Source: Octopus sinensis (lineage: Eukaryota). From it: a DNA stretch of 64,000 nucleotides. Shown piece after piece: positions 1 through 11,299 of this stretch (its first letter is position 1; each line of letters opens with the position of its first letter). Location: the NCBI RefSeq assembly GCF_006345805.1, contig NC_043015.1, forward strand, positions 47,678,001-47,742,000, read 5' to 3'. A model generated the notes under the pieces. That model did no database searches and was not told the origin of the DNA. It was given only the letters and a program-made list of their open reading frames with translations. The translations under genes and the position numbers were made by a program.

Positions 1-349
1 CCCCCCCCCCGGTCCAATGTACGGTGCTGAGTTGTCAAACATTTAAACCAAATATTCTCAAAACAACTTGTCCGACCGTCCCATAGGCCTCCCCTTTGAG
101 AAACACTGATTTAACCTAAATTTGAGACACCAGCAAAAGAAGAAATAAAGATAGACTTTTTTCTATTCTAAAGAAAAACGATTTTATTCACACAAATATG
201 CCACCGAAGAGTTTAAAGTACCAGTAATGATAAGGCTGTTGACTGGGAGAACACAAACATGGTTTAAATAGTAAGCTTGGCAGGAAAGAAACGTGCCTTT
301 AAGCAGTACAAAAACAATAAAAAATGGAAGGTGCAGTTATGTACAGGTT

Positions 350-549
350 GACAGAAGAAAAGCACGTTCCCACAGCTTTATCGATCGCATTCTCACCTGG
401 AATCGATTTTTGTAAATTTTTCAAGACTTATACACGTCCTGATACCGTCGGTAGCTACATATCAAATTTGAGCGCAATTGGATGGAGGATGCCCGAGATC
501 CTAGAAGAGACACACACACAGACAGACGGAACGGATTTTATATAATAGA
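350..549 (-). mobile_element. Non-autonomous Helitron-like element, 5' portion
   Basis: Minus strand begins A|TCTATTATATAAAATCCGTTCCGTCTGTCTGTGTGTG, a typical Helitron 5' TC terminus followed by a short microsatellite. The left boundary is uncertain. Confidence 0.5.
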
Positions 550-1165
550 TGGCGCAAAATGAGCAGCTGTCAGAGTTTACCATATACCTTACTACAAATT
601 TCATACGTGACAACCAAATAAATAATGTACTCCAGGTACACTATGCCCAAAAACAAAAACAAAAAAAAACAGGGTAGTCGCGGCTGAAATGTTCAAAGCG
701 ATCACTCCTACTCGATAAACACTGAAACGGCAAACGGCTTGCAAATCTGGCAACCACTTCTAATCTATGTTTTAAATAAGATTATTTAAAGTTTATCTGA
801 TTTGTAATCTGGATTAATTAGGTTTATCATAAATATTGTTGTGCTGTGATGTCACTGCTAATAACGAAAAGAGCTGCCCTGTACGGCAATTGTTGTGTCT
901 GGACCTTGTTTAACTGTTACTGTTTTGGGACCATGTACTGAATGAAGTAAGTAGCTATTTTCCCTTCAAACAATTATTGTACCTGTTGTGCCAAAAAATC
1001 ATTGACAAGGATTTTTCTCCAAGCACGTGTGTGTGTGTGCGCGCTAGTACGTCGTGCATGCGTGCGTGTGTATGTGTGTATATATATGTAGTTTTTTCTT
1101 TACTAGTTTCAGCTCGAGAACTGCGGCCATGCTGGGGCATCGCGGTCAGCTTTGCTATACTTTCG

Positions 1166-1556
1166 CTACGTGAAACCTCCTCTGACATGTGGTATTCGGT
1201 GAATGGGGGAGTTTGATGTTGCTACCCTCATCTGCATTTTTAGCCTCGAGGTAGGTTCATCCGGAAATCTTAACAGGAGGAGATCCAGATTTGTTTTGAA
1301 AACGCCTACATCCACCTCATGTAGGTCTCTCAGGTTTTTGAGAGGATATTGAAGACCTATGGGCCTTTGACACCCAAGCTGTTGCAATATCTGGCCCTGT
1401 ATCCTGATGGTAACATTGGGATTTTTGGTACTAAGCAGTGTGCTCCATTCTGCCTGTTTGTGTTAACTTTCAATGCCAAAGTTTGGTACAAGTTCTTCAA
1501 GGATTTTCCAGATGTATATCACTGCATATCTTTCCCCGCTTTGTTGTATGGAGTTA
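1166..1556 (-). mobile_element. CR1/L2-like LINE 3' fragment (degenerate)
   Basis: Minus-strand frames give RARYCNSLGVKGP and PLKNLRDLHEVDVGVFKTNLDLLLLRFPDEPT...RVATSNS, resembling the C-terminus of CR1-group ORF2, with frameshifts and stops. Confidence 0.6.
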
Positions 1557-1645
1557 GTATCTTTTGCTGAACCACTAAGTTACAAGGACATATACACACC
1601 AACATCGGTTGTCAAGCGATGGTGTGGGTACAAATACAGCCACAC

Positions 1646-1699
<54 letters not shown>

Positions 1700-1838
1700 C
1701 TACGAAGGACTTCTTTCACTTTCTGTCTACCAAATCCACTCACAAGGCTTTTGTCGGCCCGAGACTATAGTAGAAGGCACTTGCCCAAGGTGTCACGCAG
1801 TGGGACTAAACCCGGAACCACACAGCCACGCCTGCATA
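1557..1838 (-). mobile_element. SINE family A (tRNA-derived, CORE-like), partial
   Basis: Reverse complement of the recurring GGCACCTTGGGCAAGTGTCTTCTACTATAGCC...GGAAACTGAAAGAAG motif, with an internal CA/TA microsatellite. Confidence 0.85.
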
Positions 1839-2619
1839 CTATAATTTAATAATGCGTGTATAAAACAACATATAATATAATGCAAAAACATTCTGCAGGG
1901 TGCGATAGTCGATAACATAGAAATAAAATTTAAAATTTATTCTTTCTGTGACCCGGTATCAAAATGATCCACCGCCTGATCCCTGATACTGATCCCTAGT
2001 CCTGACCTGTGGTCTAGGACTCCTGCTTTAGGTGTGGACATACCTGGAGGTGTTAGTTCTCCTCTGCTTTCCAATCTGCTCAGTGGAATAAACTTGGTCG
2101 TAGTGTGACTGTTGTTTACTTAGTGTGAGGTCTGGTGCTTAAGGCTAATGAGGTTATGGCTTTTGCTCTCATCTTTATTTATGTATGTTTTTATTCAAGT
2201 TAGAAACCTTAGGTTCTTAGGATTGTGTTGCTGTTTAACTCCATGTCTGCACTGATCGAGCAGACCTATGACAGATTATCCTGTGAGGATTAGAGACTAC
2301 AGTTCAAACAGCAAAAGCAAGTAGTCGACTTTAATTTGAGGAAATAGAATGGCAGGCAGTTTGTACTGTAATCAGTAACGTAATTCTCCAGCCAGCAGTA
2401 AATACATGATTCAAGTCCACTAACAGGTCTGTTGCTTTTGTCTGTTATATATTGGTGCTTATAAATGTCAGGTATCTTTTTTTGTTAAAATTGTTAATTC
2501 GTAATTGTATCTGTATTATATAGAAGATTCAGTGGTTTAGAATGCAGATCTACATCTGAAAAAAAGACGGTTTTGTTGGGTGAAAGTACTCTTTTTAAAC
2601 TTTAAGTCTTGTTCTGCTC

Positions 2620-2960
2620 TGCATATTGGGCAGGAGGTTTTCCCCCACCGGGTTCGGTTCGGTTGGTGACTACTCTTGCACATCCATTCCACGTGTTGTT
2701 GATTGTCTTCTGATCATCTTGAAATGTCTGCCACCTCCAATTCGTCTTCAGCCTGCTCCTTTCACACCTGCCGGTCAGGTCGTACCCAAGTTATGGATTG
2801 TTTTCCAGTACCGTTGATAGGCTAGACGGAAAATGTAGCCGACCAGACAGTCTTACAGTGGTCAACATCGCTCTTTTCGGATTCTCCTCATTTATGACAC
2901 GGTCCCAGGATCTTTTTGCGGCACATTTGATGAAATACAGGTGTTTCGTAGAAAACATAT
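2620..2960 (-). mobile_element. RTE-like LINE fragment (degenerate)
   Basis: Minus-strand frames give FHQMCRKKILG / SWDRVINEENPKRAMLTTVRLSGRLHF, matching the RTE post-RT motif (RCLRKILGI.W.D.V.NEEVL.RA). Confidence 0.5.
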
Positions 2961-3459
2961 TAAATGTACGCTGTGTGGACGTGTACCCCCACCAGTGCTT
3001 GACAATCAATGTTGGTGTGTTTACATTCCCAGAAAGAACACAATGTCATTAAGAAACGTTATCTAATCAGCCTCAGAAAGGTCATAAGCTAAAGAATATT
3101 AATTCAGTATATGTATTTTTAGCACTAATTGATTAAAAAAAAAAATTTCAATCAAGACTTGGTATTTGCTATAATTAATTCCCTCATATATTTTGTTGTT
3201 TTCATGAATAATGGACTTTTAAAATATTATTCCTATCTTTTCAGATTTTGAATTGATGGTAAAAACAAGAGACAAAACCCACCTTCAGTGCCTTCAAAAA
3301 GGAAATCTTTCAAAAGTTCTGAACTAAATCTCTTACCAAATATAGAGAAACAGAACCTTGGACGTAGATAAATACAAAGTTTTCATTATGAACTTTTAAT
3401 TTGATTTTTTTTAAAATAAATTCTATGCAATAAGATCTGGTGATTGGGTGTCTGAAAAA

Positions 3460-4974
3460 ATGGTTTTAATTAGGATAATTTTATTATTCTTGACATTTGG
3501 AAATGTATGCATTGCTGTATATTGTCCTGAAAACTGTAATTGTTTCAAGAACTTTGGGCTTTTAGATTGTTCAAATACATTTAAAACTATTATACCAGAT
3601 AATATTGATTCACCTAAATTTATTACAGAGTTAGTCCTAAGAGGCAATCAAATCAAACAACTAAATGTTGATCTGCATCAATATAGCAGTTTAACATATT
3701 TCGACATTTCCTCTAATGGTCTGATCAATATTGAAGACAATTCTTTTGAGCACATGGGAAAACTGCACACATTGATCATGAGAAATAACCTTTTATCGAA
3801 TCTAAACAACAAAACACTTTATGGTTTAAAGAACTTGGTGTCTTTAGACCTAAGTCAAAATCATTTGACTGTTTTACTCGACAATACTTTCCAGTATTTT
3901 CCCAAACTACTTGAATTGAATCTAACTGGAAATTTTATTCATAGTATAAGTGGCAATGCCTTCAGTGGTCTCTATGCATTGGATAGTTTGCATCTGACAT
4001 CTAACAGATTGATGGCTATTCCTGTTGTGGCTTTCAAAAACGTTAAACATTTACGGTTTCTTAACTTGGAAGGCAATAACATACATCACTTACTCAATTA
4101 TAGCTTTTGTAACAATTCAATGCTTGCAGATATTAATATTGCAAATAATGATTTGAAAATAATTGAAGACAAAGCATTCAGCGGGTTAGAGAACTCTTTA
4201 GAATCCTTAGACTTGCATCAAAATTATTTACCTGTTGTACCTACACAAGCATTTCTTCAACTTGAACAACTTTCAAAACTTGACCTCGGTGCAAATAGGA
4301 TAAGTGTTATTGCATCAAATTCGTTTTACAATTTATCTCATCTTGAAGTTTTATATCTAAACGATCTTAATGACTTAACAAAAATCAATGGTCTAGCTTT
4401 TAATCTTACCCATTTAAGAGTGCTCCACATTGCTTTCAACCCACTTTTAAGATACATACACCCAAAAGCACTCTATAATTTACCTGCTTTGAAAGTTGTT
4501 TATTTAAATAATAATGGAATACATAAATTTCCCAAACATTTTCTTCCCTGGGAGAATTTGGAAACTCTTGACATGAGTGGAAATTTTATTGATTGTGATT
4601 GTGATGCACAATGGCTGCTAGATGTTTTTAATGAAATTAGTAATAATAAAAAGAATTTCATACAAAAATCATTACGCTGTCGTTCACCCAAACATCTTCT
4701 GGACCTACCGGTTTCGACATTAAAGCCTTCTGATTTTCATTGTCATAAATTAGCATATGGCTATGATGCTAAACACCATAATAAAACATTAGTTGTTGTC
4801 ATTCTTAGTGTATGTTCTACTGTGGCAACAATTCTAATTTTATTCAGTCTCTGGCATTTTAGAGTGAAAATATTTCCCATTGCAGAATGGCAGTCTAACT
4901 ATACGAGACAAAAGAACATTCTCACAGATCCTCAGAATGAGGAAGACAGCCTTTCTGCTGATACTGTAGCATAA
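3460..4974 (+). CDS. Tartan/capricious-like leucine-rich-repeat type I membrane protein (504 aa), single coding exon
   Basis: The first ATG is at 3460 (the track's 3448 start is GTG). Signal peptide MVLIRIILLFLTFGNVCIA, LRRNT CPENCNC, about 13 LRRs, LRRCT LPWENLETLDMSGNFIDCDCDAQWL, TM VVVILSVCSTVATILILFSLW and a short tail. No Ig domain. A probable 5'UTR acceptor CTTTTTCAG lies at 3244. Confidence 0.92.
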   Translation: MVLIRIILLFLTFGNVCIAVYCPENCNCFKNFGLLDCSNTFKTIIPDNIDSPKFITELVLRGNQIKQLNVDLHQYSSLTYFDISSNGLINIEDNSFEHMGKLHTLIMRNNLLSNLNNKTLYGLKNLVSLDLSQNHLTVLLDNTFQYFPKLLELNLTGNFIHSISGNAFSGLYALDSLHLTSNRLMAIPVVAFKNVKHLRFLNLEGNNIHHLLNYSFCNNSMLADINIANNDLKIIEDKAFSGLENSLESLDLHQNYLPVVPTQAFLQLEQLSKLDLGANRISVIASNSFYNLSHLEVLYLNDLNDLTKINGLAFNLTHLRVLHIAFNPLLRYIHPKALYNLPALKVVYLNNNGIHKFPKHFLPWENLETLDMSGNFIDCDCDAQWLLDVFNEISNNKKNFIQKSLRCRSPKHLLDLPVSTLKPSDFHCHKLAYGYDAKHHNKTLVVVILSVCSTVATILILFSLWHFRVKIFPIAEWQSNYTRQKNILTDPQNEEDSLSADTVA

Positions 4975-4992
4975 CTTAAGAAATATCAGACA

Positions 4993-5240
4993 TTAGTTGG
5001 GGAGACGAAGAGATTGTTGACGACAAAGGTGACAGTTGTTCTTGTGGTAATTGGTGCACTTGGCACAACACGCAAAATGCTACCTAAGTGGCTGAAGGAT
5101 ACAGGAATTGAGACTTGCATTGTCGACCTGTAAGAATCTTAAGAAAGATTCTTGAGATTTGAGAAGACTTGTTGTCAGCAAACTTCAAGTAACATCCATA
5201 TTAATTAAATTAGCATATAACTTTTGAATAATAATAATTA
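4993..5240 (+). mobile_element. R4/Dong-like (RLE clade) non-LTR retrotransposon 3' end
   Basis: Encodes KVTVVLVVIGALGTTRKMLPKWLKDTGIETCIVDL, the RLE C-terminal motif (V.VVIGALG), followed by a (TAA)n tail. Confidence 0.6.
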
Positions 5241-5261
5241 TGACATTATTATAATTATTAT

Positions 5262-5628
5262 GGAAGGTGGTGAACTGGCAGAATCATTAGTGTGCTGGAC
5301 AAAATGCTTGGAGGTATTTCGCCCTTCGCTATGTTCTCAGTTCCATCTCCACCAAGGTTGACTTTACCTTTCATCCTTTCAGGGTCGATACAATAAGTAC
5401 CTATTTCTTTACTACCCACAAGGGGCTAAACACAGAGGGGACAAATAAGGACAGACAAATGGATTAAGTCGATTATATCAACCCCAATGCGTAACTGGTA
5501 CTTATTTAATCGACCCCAAAAGGATGAAAGGCAAAGTCGACCTCGGTGGAATTTGAACTCAGAACGTAGCGGCAGACGAAATACTGCTAAGCATTTCACC
5601 TGGTGTGCTAACGATTCTGCCAGCTCAT
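5262..5628. mobile_element. Two SINE family B copies in opposite orientation
   Basis: Head GGTGAACTGGCAGAATC and core GACTTTACCTTTCATCCTTTC on plus; the reverse-complement copy spans about 5400-5628. Confidence 0.8.
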
Positions 5629-6821
5629 AATTGATGTAATTGGCTCATCCCCTCTCCAAAAATTGCTGCCCTTGTGGCAAAATTTGAAACCATTGTTATT
5701 ATTATTATTATTATTTTGTTTGACTTTTGCTTTACATTTGTACAAGTTGGCTCCAAGTCTCACCCAGAGACCTCAAGAGACAACAAGTTGGAAGTTCATG
5801 TTGGTTCAAGCCTAGGGTGCCATATATTTGGTTTTGTACATAGAGTTGTTCTAGAGAATGTTTAAGAAACCATAAGAAAATTATGTTTGTTTTAAAGCTT
5901 GAGATTACATAGAAAGTATTTTGAGTAGGATATGAGCAGTTCCCATGAGCACTATCTTTTGAATTTCTGCCATTTTGGGGTTTCCTGGTATCTGAACTAG
6001 GTAGCAATCAGCCCCTTTTGCTATCATTCCCAGGGCACTTATTATTATTGTTATATTATTATTTTTATTATATATTTATAAAGTAAGATTTTATTTGTAG
6101 TAAATATTTAGAAACTAAAACTTTATTTCCTCACTTCTCCTTCTGATGATAGCATTTCTGTTCATCATTATTTAATGTACATTTTTTTTGCCAAGGCGGT
6201 GAGCTGGCAGTCATCAACATGCTAAAATGGTTTGGTAGCATTTCGTCTGTCTTTACATTCTGAGTTCAAATTCTGCCATGGGTTTGATAAATTAAGCACC
6301 AGTCAAGTACTGGGTTTGATGTGATCGACTATCCTCCTCCCTACAAATTCCAGGCCTTGTGCCTGTAGTAGAAAAGATTATTTAATATACATTCTAAAAC
6401 GCTAGCATTGAGTAGACATGTTTAACTACTTGTAACGCTAAGACGTTTGCCACACATGAAAAGGGAGATAACTGGCCAAATCTGTTTTTGTTTTTTTCTT
6501 TGCTATTGGATAATTTTCCTCTCACCAAAGACTTTACAGTATCGACTGGAAGCTCTTAGTTATGCCAATGGTACAAGAGAGGTAGTTGTAGAAACACTAC
6601 AAGTTCTCACAACTGTATTTTTTTTTTGGAGTCACTACCTTCCCAGATGGGTTGCCTGCATCTCCATTTGTTCTATCACCTTTTGACTAAACAATTTGTA
6701 TTCAATTGTAAAAAGTAATAAATGATCAAATTTATTTTAAAAATCATACTTCTCTTTTCTATCCATTAAATGTTTTTCTTAATGTTTAGTAATGTTTATC
6801 ACTGTATTAACAGAGAAATCG

Positions 6822-7100
6822 TGGGACTATGTGATAAAAAGCTTCCTTACCAACTACATGGTTCTGGGTTCAGTCCCACTGCATGACACCTTGGGCAAGT
6901 GTCTTCTACTATAGTCTTGGGCCAACCAAAGCCTTCTGAGTGGATTTGGTAGACGGAAACTGAAAGAAGCCCATCATATATGTATATATCTAAGTGTCCA
7001 TGTTTGTCCATCACCACTTGACAACCAATGTTGGTGTGTTTACATCACTGTAACTTGGTGGTTTGGCTAAAGAGACTGGTAGAATAAGTTCTAGGTATAA
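6822..7100 (+). mobile_element. SINE family A
   Basis: tRNA-like head (GGGTTCAGTCCCACTGC B-box region), CORE-like GACACCTTGGGCAAGTG and the family tail. Confidence 0.85.
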
Positions 7101-7735
7101 AGCGGTGAGCTGGCAGAAACATTAGCACACTGGGCAAAATGCTTAGCGGTATTTCGTCTGCCGTTACATTCTGAGTTAAAATTCCGCCGAGGTCGACTTA
7201 ACCTTTCATCCTTTTGGGCTCAAAAAATTAAATACCAGTAACGCACTGGGGTCGATATAATCAACTTAATCCCTTTGTCGTCTCTGTGTTTAGCCCCTTG
7301 TGGGTAGTAAAGAAATAAAGGCGGTGAGCTGGCAGAAGTGTTAGCACGTCGGGCGAAATGCTTAGTGGTATTTCGTCTGCCGCTACGTTCTGAGTTCAAA
7401 TTCTGCCAAGGTCAACTTTGCCTTTCATCCTTTCAGGGTCGATTAAATAAGTACTAGTTACGCACTGGGGTCAATATAATCGACTTAATCCGTTTGTCTG
7501 TCCTTGTTTGTCCTCTCTGTGTTTAGCCCCTTGTGGGTAGTAAAGAAATAGGTATTTCGTCTGCCGCTACGTTCTGAGTTCAAATTCTGCCAAGGTCAAC
7601 TTTGCCTTTCACCCTTTCGGGGTCGATAAATTAAGTACCAGTAATGCACTGGGGTCGATATAATCAACATAATCCATTTGTCTGTCCTTGTTTGTCCCCT
7701 CTGTGTGTAGCCCCTTGTGGGCAGAAATAAGAATA
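7100..7735 (+). mobile_element. SINE family B cluster (tRNA head + Meta/Sauria-like core), three units
   Basis: GGCGGTGAGCTGGCAGAA A-box, GAGTTCAAATTC B-box and core GAGGTCGACTTTGCCTTTCATCCTTTCGGGGTCGAT...AAGTACCAG repeated. Confidence 0.85.
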
Positions 7736-7829
7736 AACTGAATGCTAAAGGGTCATATTTAGTGACCCAATTGCTGTCATATTTAGTGCTGATGCAGGTA
7801 TGTAATGCATCTGAAGGACAGTTGTTTAA

Positions 7830-8266
7830 TCCTTTGATACCAACTCATCTGACCCTGTCCCTATTTCTCTAATACAGACTTCTTGTTTCATGTGATCTAA
7901 ATTAAAACCATACAACCATTAGCTTAATAATAAGGTTGTTTTACTAAATTAATTATTTTCAAAATTTATTGAAACAAAGGTGGTGTAATAATAAATCTCT
8001 GAACGAGATATAAACAGTAACTGCACGACAATGTGAGGTATACTTGCCATCTCAATATGGCTAATCACTAAGGGTGGGTGTTACTGTAGCTTGTAGCCCC
8101 AGAACATCGTCTCCAGCACAGAAAGTGTGCCTAAAGCCAGCTGGAGACAATGTTCTCCTGGGGTTAAAAGCTACAGTAACACCCACCCTTAGTGATTAGC
8201 CATATTGAGATGGCAAGTATACCTCACAAAGGTGGTGTAGTTTGGCAGAATTGTGGTGTGAAAGGG
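7830..8266. mobile_element. piggyBac-type MITE hosting a later insertion
   Basis: TTAA|TCCTTTG ... GAAAGGG|TTAA termini, interrupted at 7987-8225. Confidence 0.5.
7987..8225 (-). mobile_element. Palindromic (hairpin) retroposon-like element, copy 1
   Basis: 13-bp TSD ACAAAGGTGGTGT (7974-7986 and 8226-8238), about 80-bp inverted arms, and an AATAATAAA end consistent with a (TTA)n tail on minus. Confidence 0.75.
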
Positions 8267-8419
8267 TTAAAAGAAAGTGAATAGAATTTGTGAAGAGAGG
8301 AAAATGATGGAAGACTTGGAACAACATTATGAAGACTGATCTGAAGATGCCACATGTCATGAATGAAATGATAAGGAAGGATGTGTTGATTGGTGACATG
8401 TAGAGTAGGAAACAATCAT

Positions 8420-8766
8420 TATGGTTCCGGGTTCAGTCCCACTGTGTGGCACCTTGGGCAAGTGTCTTCTACTATAGCCTCAGGCCGACCAAAGCCTTGC
8501 GAGTGGATTTGGTAGGCGGAAACTGAAAGAAGCCCGTCGTATATATGTATGTGTGTGTATATGTTTGTGTGTCTGTCTCCCTAGCATTACTTGACAACCG
8601 ATGCTGGTGTGTTTATGTTCCCGTCACTTAGCGGTTCAGCAAAAGAGACCAATAGAATTACTGGGCTTACAAAGAATAAGTCCTGGGGTCGAGTTGCTCG
8701 ATTAAAGGCAGTGCTCCAGCATGGCTGCAGTCAAATGATTGAAACAAGTAAAAGAGAGTAAAGAGT
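8420..8766 (+). mobile_element. SINE family A
   Basis: Near full-length copy ending in the AAACAAGTAAAAGAGAGTAAAGAG tail. Confidence 0.85.
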
Positions 8767-8779
8767 ACTCCTGTGTATC

Positions 8780-9000
8780 ATCATCATTTAACGTCCGTTG
8801 TCCATGCTGGCATGGATTGGACAGTTTGGCCAGGCTGGCATGCTGCACCAGACTCCAGTCTGATTTGGTATGTTTTTCTACGGCTGGATGCCCTTCCTAA
8901 CGCCCACCACTCCGAGAGTGTAATGAGTGCTTTTACATGCCACCAGCATCTGCCGTGATTGCAATTTCGCTCGACTTGATGAGTCTTCTTAAGCACAACA
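8780..9000 (-). mobile_element. RTE LINE 3' tail fragment
   Basis: (CAT)n followed by TTAACGTCC...GGCTGGATGCCCTTCCTAACGCC, the reverse complement of the RTE 3' terminus seen at 58900-59058. Confidence 0.7.
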
Positions 9001-9344
9001 GGTGTAAGCCTAGTAAAGAGAATATTAAAAATTGAACTATTGAGGATGGCTGAGATGTTGTCACCACACTCTTCTGTATTCCCAGCCATGTCTACAACAC
9101 CCTCCTGCTTCTCTTTTATTCACTGATTCTTTCCCAATTCTTTCGTAGCCTGCTTGTAACCTTCTCTATCACAAACCACTAACCACCATCTCCGTCCATC
9201 TGCACATTCTCCCATACAACATTGGGTAGCAACGGATTCCTGCCTATTCTCTGTTCCCCACTAAGCATGGAAGGAAGATATTTGATTGCAGAACCCATCA
9301 TTCCCTTCAATGGGATGAACCATAAAGTCGTTGATGCTTTTCAT

Positions 9345-9815
9345 CACCATCATCATCATCATCATCGCTTAATGTCCGTTTTCCGCGCTAGCACGGGTTG
9401 GACAGTTCAACTGGGGTCTGGGAAGCCAGGAGGCTGCACCAGGCTCCAGTCTGATCTGGCAGTGTTTCTACAGCTGGATGCCCTTCCTAACACCAACCAC
9501 TCTGCGAGTGTAGTGGGTGCTTTTTACATGCCACCGGCACAAGTGCCAGGGGTGTCTGGCAGCGGCCACGATCGGTTGGTGCTTTTAACGTGCCACCGGC
9601 ACGGAAGCCAGTTAAGGCAGCGATCGGTTTGCGCTTTTTACATGCCACTGGCACGGAAGCCAGTCGAGGTGGCGCTGGCATCGGCCACGTTTGGATGGTG
9701 CTTTTTATGTGCCACCGGCACAGGTATCACAACAACTATTTCCATTGATATTTATTTCGATGTTCATGTACTTGACTCAATACATCTCCTCAAGCACAGT
9801 AGGTTGTTCTGAAAT
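9345..9815 (-). mobile_element. 5'-truncated RTE 3'UTR with internal ~55-bp tandem repeats
   Basis: (CAT)n tail, the shared RTE terminal segment and repeats of GCTTTTTAYGTGCCACCGGCAC... Confidence 0.75.
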
Positions 9816-9875
9816 CCAAGGTACTTTGTAAATGACAAAAATAAAAAGGAACAATTTAATTTATACAGAAGCATA

Positions 9876-9881
9876 TTTATT
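9876..9881 (-). terminator. Putative polyadenylation signal of EMC5/MMGT1
   Basis: AATAAA on minus 32 nt after the stop codon, followed by a U-rich stretch. Confidence 0.5.
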
Positions 9882-9912
9882 TACATTGTCAAAGTACATA
9901 GAAAATGCATCA

Positions 9913-9985
9913 TCAAGCAAATAAAGCTTTCCCTCTGTGGTTGAAGCTACAGAAAGATTGTCGGTTACTCAACATCTCCCAGTTT
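9913..9985 (-). CDS. MMGT1: EMC5/MMGT1 exon 4 (last coding exon)
   Basis: Acceptor TTTTCTATTTTTCCAG; encodes (K)NWEMLSNRQSFCSFNHRGKALFA*, matching human [23 protein letters not shown]. Confidence 0.93.
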
Positions 9986-10066
9986 CTGGAAAAATAGAAA
10001 AAAAAAATAACATCATTAAGAAATCACTTATAACAATTATTATAATGTTGTTATAGCCTAGAGATA

Positions 10067-10332
10067 AGCAATAATAAATCTCTGAACGAAATGTAGACAG
10101 TAACCGCTCGACAACGTAAAGTATACTAGCCACCTCAATATGGCTAACCACTAAGGGTGGGTGTTACTGTAGCTTTTAGCCCCAGGAGATCATCGTCTCC
10201 AGCTGGCTTTAGGCACACTTTCTGTGCCCTTATGACATTTGCAAAGGGAGACGATGATCTCCTGGGGCTAAAAGCTACAGTAACACCCACCCTTAGTGGT
10301 TAGCAATATTGAGATGGCTAGTATACTTTACG
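10067..10332 (-). mobile_element. Palindromic (hairpin) retroposon-like element, copy 2 (EMC5 intron 3)
   Basis: About 87-bp inverted arms (10115-10200 and 10246-10333), imperfect 13-bp TSD TAGCCTAGAGATA/TAGCCTTGAGACA, and the same unique left segment as copy 1. Confidence 0.75.
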
Positions 10333-10459
10333 TAGCCTTGAGACAGTTCTCTAGAAAATACCTTGTGATTATGCTATTGTTTATAAAAGTTTAATAGGTT
10401 AAAGAGAGAAGTAATGAAAAGTGGTGATAGGTAAAACAAATTCAGGGCCTTCATATTTA

Positions 10460-10677
10460 TGAAGTGGTGCAGAAAAGTTCCTAGCTTTGGGTAAAAGAAA
10501 ATACACGAAAATCAGTTAATTATGATTTTATTTGACATATTCCCCTCTAAGGCTCACATACTTATTGCAGCAGTTTTCTAAGTTTTTCTAAGACCTGTAA
10601 AAGCACTCAGAAGGGTGAGCCTCCAAGCAGGCCTTTCATGAAACCCTTAAAGCCAGGAACTTTCCAGTACCCCCTCA
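10460..10677. mobile_element. Mariner-type MITE
   Basis: TA-flanked TIRs TGAAGTGGTGCAGAAAAGTTCCTAGCTTT / AAAGCCAGGAACTTTCCAGTACCCCCTCA. A related partial copy lies at about 17262-17393. Confidence 0.65.
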
Positions 10678-11020
10678 TACCATCACACCCCATTTAACAT
10701 AGCCACTCCATTTACTGTGCCTCACTTCTACATGACTACAATTAAAACAAAAACAGAAGATAATTTTATTTCAAGTTACACAACTGTTTTCAATTGTACA
10801 AAACCAAACTGAACATGTATTATAATGAAATTAGTTGTTGTAGTCAGCATAGGAATGGCTGTATGATTAAGAAGTCTGCTACTCAATCAAATGGTTTTGA
10901 AGGTCGGTCCCACAACACGACATCTTGGGTAAGTGTCTTCTACTATAGCCCAAGGGTGCCCAAAGCCTTGAGTGAATTTAGGAGATAAAAACTGAAAGAA
11001 ACCAGCCATGGGTATGTATA

Positions 11021-11060
<40 letters not shown>

Positions 11061-11299
11061 AACATTGATGTCTGGGAATCTTAATAGGGTGCAACACTGG
11101 ACAGATAGGGTGTTTTTACACTTTTTTTTACCATAAGAGAGAATTTTTCTCCAGAGTTACTGCAGTGAATTTGCTTTTTAGCAGTTGAAATATGTCACAA
11201 ACATATTTTAACTAACTATATATATATATATATAACTCTTTGTTATATGTCTACGACCCCCACCTCTTTTTTTTAAAGATAAATGCTTTTTAATAGTGA

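Noticed and set aside
9222-9812. 196-aa ORF with a poly-His run, and similar ORFs at 11645-12219
   Set aside because: These are translations of the RTE 3'UTR/VNTR and (CAT)n tail, with no protein-like features.
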